DNA of 41,969 nucleotides from Oligoflexus sp. (GTDB taxonomy: Bacteria > Bdellovibrionota_B > Oligoflexia > Oligoflexales > Oligoflexaceae): the NCBI GenBank assembly GCA_041736305.1, contig JBGSTX010000124.1:1-41969 (forward strand). Reading direction: 5' to 3'. A program made the position numbers and the translations under genes. Below are positions 36,391-41,969 of this stretch, piece after piece. Under the pieces are notes generated by a model. It was not told where the DNA came from. It was given only the letters and a program-made list of their open reading frames with translations, and did not search any database. Numbering within the stretch: the first letter of the stretch is position 1; each line of letters opens with the position of its first letter.

Positions 36391-37461
36391 TCAGCGCGAT
36401 ATCCCCCGCTCTAGGCGACTCTGGTCGAACTTGCGAACTTCGTCAATCGCGAGCTTGACGGCATCGGGCGGTGTATGAGGCTGCAAACCATGACCCACGT
36501 TGAATATATGAGCGCGCGCCTGTAGTCCGGCTTCGCAGATATCGCGAACCTGCTGGCGGAGAACAGCTTCGGGTGCGAGCAAAGACTGCGGATCGAGATT
36601 ACCCTGCACACTTACACTAAGCCCTAGATTGCTTATCAATGAAATCGCGCGGGAAAGACGGGAGCGCCAGTCTATAGCGAGTACATCGCCTCGGAATCCA
36701 TTCAGTTCAAAAATAATTTCTAGACTCTGGCCTGGGTAATAGATGATCGGTCCATCCCAACGATTCTTGACGCGTTCTATCGTGCGATTCACAGCGGGAA
36801 AGATAAAGTCGCGATAATCGGTCGTAGTCAGTTGGTTAGCCCATGTATCAAAAAGCATGAGACAGTCTGCACCTGCTTTGACCTGCATGAGTAGATAATC
36901 GCTCGTTACCTCGACCAGAAGATCGAGCAAGCCTCGAAAGGTCTGGGGATCCGTCAGTCGGAGTTTTTTCACCTCGGTGAAAGTCTTGCTGCCGGAGCCT
37001 TCGATCATATAGCTCGCGACTGTGAAAGGCGCGCCTGCAAAACCGATCATGGTCTGATCGGGGCGAAGACTTTTTTTAGTTTCGACGATGGCCTGCCCGA
37101 CATAGCCTAAATCTTTTTCAGCATCGGCATGCTTGAGCCGCTTGAGATCGGCAGCTGATCGAACGGGATGACTGAGCTGGGGACCATGCCCTTTGTCGAA
37201 GGTGAGGTCCTGCCCCATTCCGATGCAAGGGATCAGGATGTCCGAGAAAATGATCGCGGCATCGACATCATATCGGCGCAAAGGCTGCAGCGTCACCTCG
37301 GAAGCGAGCTTCGGGTTCTGGCACAGTTCAACAAATTCAAGTTTACGCCTTATTTCCATGTATTCTGGCAGGTAGCGCCCTGCCTGCCTTAAAAACCAGA
37401 TAGGTGTCCGATTCGACTTTCTTCCCAGGGCGGCATCAACCAGAGTTTTCCCGCTCACCAA
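36391..37461 (-). CDS. hemE: Uroporphyrinogen decarboxylase
   Basis: PIWFLRQAGRYLPEY, DAAIIFSDIL, IGFAGAPFT, QGNLDP, IFNVGHG. Confidence 0.97.
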   Translation of the reverse strand: MVSGKTLVDAALGRKSNRTPIWFLRQAGRYLPEYMEIRRKLEFVELCQNPKLASEVTLQPLRRYDVDAAIIFSDILIPCIGMGQDLTFDKGHGPQLSHPVRSAADLKRLKHADAEKDLGYVGQAIVETKKSLRPDQTMIGFAGAPFTVASYMIEGSGSKTFTEVKKLRLTDPQTFRGLLDLLVEVTSDYLLMQVKAGADCLMLFDTWANQLTTTDYRDFIFPAVNRTIERVKNRWDGPIIYYPGQSLEIIFELNGFRGDVLAIDWRSRLSRAISLISNLGLSVSVQGNLDPQSLLAPEAVLRQQVRDICEAGLQARAHIFNVGHGLQPHTPPDAVKLAIDEVRKFDQSRLERGISR

Positions 37462-37651
37462 TCCCTCTCCTTTGCACTAGCAAATAATCCTTGTGTTCAC
37501 GGCGCCGCCTCAGCTAGGCGGTGCTGGTGAACTAGACAGGCCCAGCTTACCATGAGACAATTAAAGAGCAGAGTCACATTTCCAGCAGTCTCTTCTTCCG
37601 GCCATTCGCGCCGAGACTTATGCTTTTGCGTCCTTTTTGATGGAGGCCTAC

Positions 37652-38518
37652 ATGGCCGAGCTTCACACAGCTCCTGCCAATCTATCCGAACTCGGACGAC
37701 TGCAGCGCTTGGGCCGCAAGCTCGACTCTTGGGAAGTGCTGCTTGAAAATCACGGCCGCAGCGCCGGCGTATCAGACCGTGATCTGCAGCGACGGAGAAA
37801 GAGGGTCAGTGATCTACGCCAACGCTGGGAGCTCTTGCAAATGCGGCTTCAAACCAGCGAAGCCAGCGAAGGATACCGCTCTTCAGGGGGCCTTCCGCCC
37901 CTCGATCTGTGCAGCCATGAAGAACAGATCCTCTGCGAGCAGTATCTCGATGCTCAATATAAGATAAATCAGCAGCTCGTTCTCCAGCTCGAAAAGATTA
38001 TGCGTTGGGTTGATCAAGCGACTCAGGGGCAAAAGCCTGGCTGGCGAACCAAGATGCGCTTGGCAAAAATCCGCCGTTACCTCGTTGAACTAGACGACGA
38101 GCGCCAGCGCCTCGACCCACATCGGGCGAAGCAGTCCTACAACTGGGAAAAGCTTGCCGACGGACTACTCCTCTATCGCGATCCACACGTTGAGGTTAGC
38201 GATACTCGGCTTGCGTTTGAGAAAGTTGTGCGTCTCACGAGTCAAGTGGCTGCACTCCAGAACCAGATTCACGAATTGCAGAGCAAAACGCAGCGCATGG
38301 AACAGTGGCTGAAACAGGCGCATAAACGCCTCAAGGGCACTCGCCCACCGGCGCCGCCCTTGGCTGAGGATTTGCGTCTGATTGCTCACAAAATCGATCT
38401 CTTGGGCCTCGAAGACCTCAATCGATCTAAATCACGCATAGCCCTTGCTCGTCGCTATCTTGAGAAGTATCTCGATCGCGAGGCTCCCATCTCGCTGGAT
38501 GAAGAGGACGAACTATGA
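37652..38518 (+). CDS. Hypothetical alpha-helical/coiled-coil protein
   Basis: GGAGG RBS before ATG 37652; L/E/Q/R-rich heptads; no TM segment or signal peptide. Confidence 0.75.
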   Translation: MAELHTAPANLSELGRLQRLGRKLDSWEVLLENHGRSAGVSDRDLQRRRKRVSDLRQRWELLQMRLQTSEASEGYRSSGGLPPLDLCSHEEQILCEQYLDAQYKINQQLVLQLEKIMRWVDQATQGQKPGWRTKMRLAKIRRYLVELDDERQRLDPHRAKQSYNWEKLADGLLLYRDPHVEVSDTRLAFEKVVRLTSQVAALQNQIHELQSKTQRMEQWLKQAHKRLKGTRPPAPPLAEDLRLIAHKIDLLGLEDLNRSKSRIALARRYLEKYLDREAPISLDEEDEL

Positions 38519-39423
38519 TGGTGCTGGAACGGCTGGACAGTGAAATCGACCGCTGGGAACAGGAACTCGCAGCGATCGAGCAGCGCGGGGAGACGGGGCC
38601 TAAGCGTCAGGTTCAGATCCTGAGCAGCAAAATGCAGGAGCTCCGCAATCAGACCAAGCAGATTGAGAACCTCGTCGAGCATGCGCGAGTAGCCGAAGCT
38701 ACTGAAATGACCGTAGCCCCTCAGCTCCGGGCGATCATGTTTTGGGCCCGAGAGTTCTCGGACCGAGTTGAGGACTTCGCACTGCGCTACAGCGATTATC
38801 TCGGCAAACTCCTCTGGCTCAATCTCTTACGGGGCCGGCTTTTCGGTAGCAAAAAACCCTTCCAACTTGATATTGCCGAAAATGATATCACGACGATGCT
38901 GAGCCGCAAGCAGAGCCTTGAACAAAGCGAGCAAATGCTCCAGCAGGAGCTAGAGATCGCAAAACACCGCGAATATGAACTTCGCAAAAGCTACGACACC
39001 TTCCATTATGAAGAGGCCAGCCGCCAAGCTGCCCAGAGCTTTGCCTCATCCACCTATTCTAGCCAGAAGGCAACGCTTGAAGCCTTTGGGTGCCTGCTGC
39101 GCACCATGGCCGTTCATTCAGCCCAGGAGAGCGGGCAGGTCAAAAAGATACAAAAGCTGACGGTGACCTTCACGAAGCGCTCCCAGAGCTTGATGGAAGA
39201 TTGTTCTGAGCTTTTGCGGCAGGGCGCGAGTGCCCAGGGTTCGCAGCGTCGCCGCACTGTCCGCCTCATGCATCAGTCCCTCCGCGAGATGCAGCGCCTC
39301 GAGTCGGAAATAGACACGAGTCTAACTGTGCTCAGTCCCGGCGCCCGTAATCGGCAGCCTTCATTGATAGTGAAAAAGACGGGAAAACAAGCTACAACCA
39401 GTCGGCTTTCCTTGTCCGAATAA
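38515..39423 (+). CDS. Hypothetical coiled-coil protein
   Basis: ATGA overlap with the upstream gene; long heptad segments. Confidence 0.75.
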   Translation: MMVLERLDSEIDRWEQELAAIEQRGETGPKRQVQILSSKMQELRNQTKQIENLVEHARVAEATEMTVAPQLRAIMFWAREFSDRVEDFALRYSDYLGKLLWLNLLRGRLFGSKKPFQLDIAENDITTMLSRKQSLEQSEQMLQQELEIAKHREYELRKSYDTFHYEEASRQAAQSFASSTYSSQKATLEAFGCLLRTMAVHSAQESGQVKKIQKLTVTFTKRSQSLMEDCSELLRQGASAQGSQRRRTVRLMHQSLREMQRLESEIDTSLTVLSPGARNRQPSLIVKKTGKQATTSRLSLSE

Positions 39424-39439
39424 AGCACGGAGTAAAACG

Positions 39440-40591
39440 ATGGACCATGTCAGACCCTTAACCGCACTTAGCGAAGATGAAAAATTGTTCCAAGGTGAAA
39501 TCGAACGTTTCGCCTACCAAGTCATAAAGCCTCTTGTGATGTCGATGGATGAAACCGAGACCATGGACCCTGGCCTTATCAAAAAGATGTTTGATGCGGG
39601 TCTGATGGGCATCGAGCTGCCTGAGCAGTTCGGTGGATCGGAAGGTAGTTTTTTCATGGCCATACTCGCTATTGAAGCGCTCAGTAAGGTCGATCCGTCC
39701 GTCGGCGTTTTGGTCGACGTGCAGAATACGCTCGTCAACAATATCTTCCTCCGCTGGGCGAATCCGGCTCAGAAAGCCAAGTTTCTGCCTCAGCTAGCGA
39801 GTAAAAGACTGGGTAGCTACTGCCTCACAGAGCCTAACTCAGGTTCAGATGCTTTTGCCTTGAAGGCGAGGGCTTTCGACGAAGGCGGCCACTGGCGACT
39901 CGAAGGCAAGAAAATCTTCATCACCAATGCGAAAGAAGCTGAGATTTTCATCGTCTTCGCCAATGCCAATCCTGAGCAGGGCTACAAGGGCATTACAGCA
40001 TTTATCGTCGAGAAAGGTACGCCTGGATTCGCGATAGGCAAAAAGGAAGTGAAGCTCGGAATTCGTGCTTCTTCCACCTGCGAGGTCCTCCTAGAGAACG
40101 TTAAAGTTCCTAAGGAAAATCTCCTGGGCGAATATGGCAAGGGCTACAAGATTGCAATTGAGACTCTCAACGAAGGCCGCATCGGTATCGCAGCACAGAT
40201 GCTTGGTCTGGCTCAGGGCGCGTTCGATGGGGCGATGAAGTATGCGGGTGAGCGGGAGCAATTCGGCAAGCCACTTCGCGATTTCCAGGTCATGCAGCAT
40301 CAGATCGCAGAGATGGCAACTGAAATCGAAGCGGCCCGCCTGATGGTCTACAACGCTGCGCGCCTGAAAGACGCTGGCCTACCCTTCCTCAAAGAAGCAG
40401 CGATGGCCAAATACTATGTTTCGGATATCGCCGAACGGGTCGCCTCACGCGCTTTGGAAGTTTACGGCGGCTATGGCTTCATAAAGGAATTTCCAGCTGA
40501 GAAATTCTACCGCGATGCGAAGATCGGCAAGCTCTACGAAGGTACTTCGAACATGCAGCTTCAGACTATTTTCAAGTGTCTAGCTGACTGA
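39440..40591 (+). CDS. Acyl-CoA dehydrogenase (short/branched-chain type)
   Basis: VDVQNTLVN, YCLTEPNSGSDAF, KLGIRASSTC, LNEGRIGIAAQMLG, YRDAKIGKLYEGTSN. Confidence 0.95.
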   Translation: MDHVRPLTALSEDEKLFQGEIERFAYQVIKPLVMSMDETETMDPGLIKKMFDAGLMGIELPEQFGGSEGSFFMAILAIEALSKVDPSVGVLVDVQNTLVNNIFLRWANPAQKAKFLPQLASKRLGSYCLTEPNSGSDAFALKARAFDEGGHWRLEGKKIFITNAKEAEIFIVFANANPEQGYKGITAFIVEKGTPGFAIGKKEVKLGIRASSTCEVLLENVKVPKENLLGEYGKGYKIAIETLNEGRIGIAAQMLGLAQGAFDGAMKYAGEREQFGKPLRDFQVMQHQIAEMATEIEAARLMVYNAARLKDAGLPFLKEAAMAKYYVSDIAERVASRALEVYGGYGFIKEFPAEKFYRDAKIGKLYEGTSNMQLQTIFKCLAD

Positions 40592-40614
40592 GATCCCACT
40601 TCCAGATACGAAGG

Positions 40615-40645
40615 GGAGCGGACTCGACCGCTCCTTTTGTTTTTT
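40615..40645 (+). terminator. Rho-independent terminator
   Basis: ggagcgg-actcga-ccgctcc followed by ttttgtttttt. Confidence 0.85.
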
Positions 40646-40676
40646 CCGTCTATCTCCGGTCTTAAGGAGTCCGCCC

Positions 40677-41687
40677 ATGCTCCGCTTTAGCCTAGTTCTC
40701 CATCTAGCTCTGGCTAGCTTTTCCTTCAAAAATGTCTATGCTGAGACCTCCGCAGAGCGTCGGTTGGATATCGAGGATGCGCTCAGAAACAGCATGTGTG
40801 CAAAGACCGAGCGAGAGGCTGCAGTGAAACCGCTTCGGCTCTGGCAGGCAGGTATCTACGATGCACAAATGGAAGCTAGCTGGATCGAGGCTGAGGAAGC
40901 TATTGATCCAGCCGAACTCGAGCAAGCGGCTCAGGAGCAGGCAGCGACTCTAAACCATGGCGGCTATGCTTACGGATTCTGCGGGAAGCAGCATGCTTGG
41001 ATCCTTAGCAGCCCGGCCTCAGGCCCCGTATTGGAAAAGAAGGCTGGAAATATCCTCATCCTTAATTCTTCGCGACTAGCCCAGGCCTGCCAGCGCCTTG
41101 ATGTCGACGCAGCCGGAGCCCAAAGTGGCCAATCGCGGGTAATCCTAGCGGGAAAAAAGCCCCAGGAGGAGGCGATGCAGATCAATGCTGGTCTTTTAAA
41201 TGCCGGAACCTTATCTGTCACCTGTCACCCACCTGAGCCTCAAAAAAGAGGGCCTGAGCTCTGGGCTCTGATGCCAGTAGGCGAATGGGAGCACGTTGAA
41301 CTTCCCCATGTGGACCTTCTAGAAGCTGAGAATTTTAAGAGTTTAAGGGCCTGGCTCCAAACGCTGCGCAAAGATCTGAATCTGCGTCCTTTGCAGCAAG
41401 ACCACGCTCTTCTTGCTCGCTTTGCGAAAGACTTACTCAGCCACAGTTCGATACGTCATCCACGCCCTCTCATAAAAAAGCAGGCGGAAGAGTTAAAAAA
41501 GTCGCGAGGGCATTGGCTGGGTGAGAATAGAGTCAAAGGCAGCCGCATAAGTGAAATGGCCTGGCTTCTGTGGCACTCTCCGCAGCATCGAAGGCTCCTT
41601 CTCAATCCTAAGGCCAACGCCATCGGTCTCAATATTTCACAAAAAACACCAGAGAAACTGCTTGTCATGGTCATCGCAAGAATCTAG
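40677..41687 (+). CDS. Secreted protein with C-terminal CAP/SCP-like domain
   Basis: Signal peptide; LRKDLNLRPL, GEN, WHSPQHRRLLLNP..IGL CAP motifs. Confidence 0.72.
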   Translation: MLRFSLVLHLALASFSFKNVYAETSAERRLDIEDALRNSMCAKTEREAAVKPLRLWQAGIYDAQMEASWIEAEEAIDPAELEQAAQEQAATLNHGGYAYGFCGKQHAWILSSPASGPVLEKKAGNILILNSSRLAQACQRLDVDAAGAQSGQSRVILAGKKPQEEAMQINAGLLNAGTLSVTCHPPEPQKRGPELWALMPVGEWEHVELPHVDLLEAENFKSLRAWLQTLRKDLNLRPLQQDHALLARFAKDLLSHSSIRHPRPLIKKQAEELKKSRGHWLGENRVKGSRISEMAWLLWHSPQHRRLLLNPKANAIGLNISQKTPEKLLVMVIARI

Positions 41688-41729
41688 CATCGCTGTCGCC
41701 ATTGACATGTGATGTTGACTGAGGTCGCT

Positions 41730-41969
41730 ATGAGCTTGAGAGAGCAGCTTCTTAAATCCGGTTTAGCTAGTAAGCAGCAAGCCAAAAAAGCCGACAGGGA
41801 AGCTAAAAAGCGTCAGCATGAAGCCTTGCTTGCTAAGCGGGAAGGCGAAGCCGAAGCCCAGGATCGTATTTCTAAAGAAATTGCTGATCAGGTGCTGGCC
41901 CAGCAGGAAGCCGATCGCGAGCGAAACAGACAGCTAGAAGAAGAGCGTCGCTCGCGCGAGGGCGGGGCC
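41730..41969 (+). CDS. DUF2058 (YaiL-like) protein, 3' partial
   Basis: MSLREQLLKSGLASKQQAKK..DRERNRQ; GAGG RBS; runs off the window end and is absent from the ORF track. Confidence 0.8.
   Translation, partial: MSLREQLLKSGLASKQQAKKADREAKKRQHEALLAKREGEAEAQDRISKEIADQVLAQQEADRERNRQLEEERRSREGGA

Noticed and set aside
1-41969. CRISPR arrays, IS elements, integrases, tRNA/rRNA genes or known defence systems
   Set aside because: No regularly spaced direct repeats, transposase or recombinase motifs, or tRNA/rRNA signatures seen by eye

Overview
A gene-dense core-genome window of about 46 CDS from a Gram-negative bacterium. Gene content and order (tsaD-rsmA, Tgl/PilF-type lipoprotein, PlsB, Nfu after sufD, LysM-dprA-smg) suggest Bdellovibrionota, probably Oligoflexia; this is an inference. 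It carries the end of a suf operon, oligopeptidase B, dapD-ferredoxin-DAHP synthase, cpoB-like-tsaD-rsmA, an RhlB-like helicase, a PilZ-TPR-LysM-dprA-smg-CpaF block, panC-plsB-rsgA, rodZ, ctpA, hemE-yciO-mtnB-lipB and two acyl-CoA dehydrogenases. I saw no tRNA, rRNA, CRISPR array or mobile element. The most interesting signals are non-coding: a GGA-hairpin-rich CsrB/RsmZ-like sRNA candidate behind sigma28- and sigma54-like motifs (about 30440-30620, minus strand), and a roughly 180-nt structured RNA candidate behind a near-consensus sigma54 promoter (about 7556-7735, plus strand). Also notable are a helicase ending in an RNase E-like membrane-targeting helix, an orphan Tad ATPase next to dprA, and an unannotated coiled-coil gene pair. 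All family calls come from motif recognition by eye; no database searches were run.
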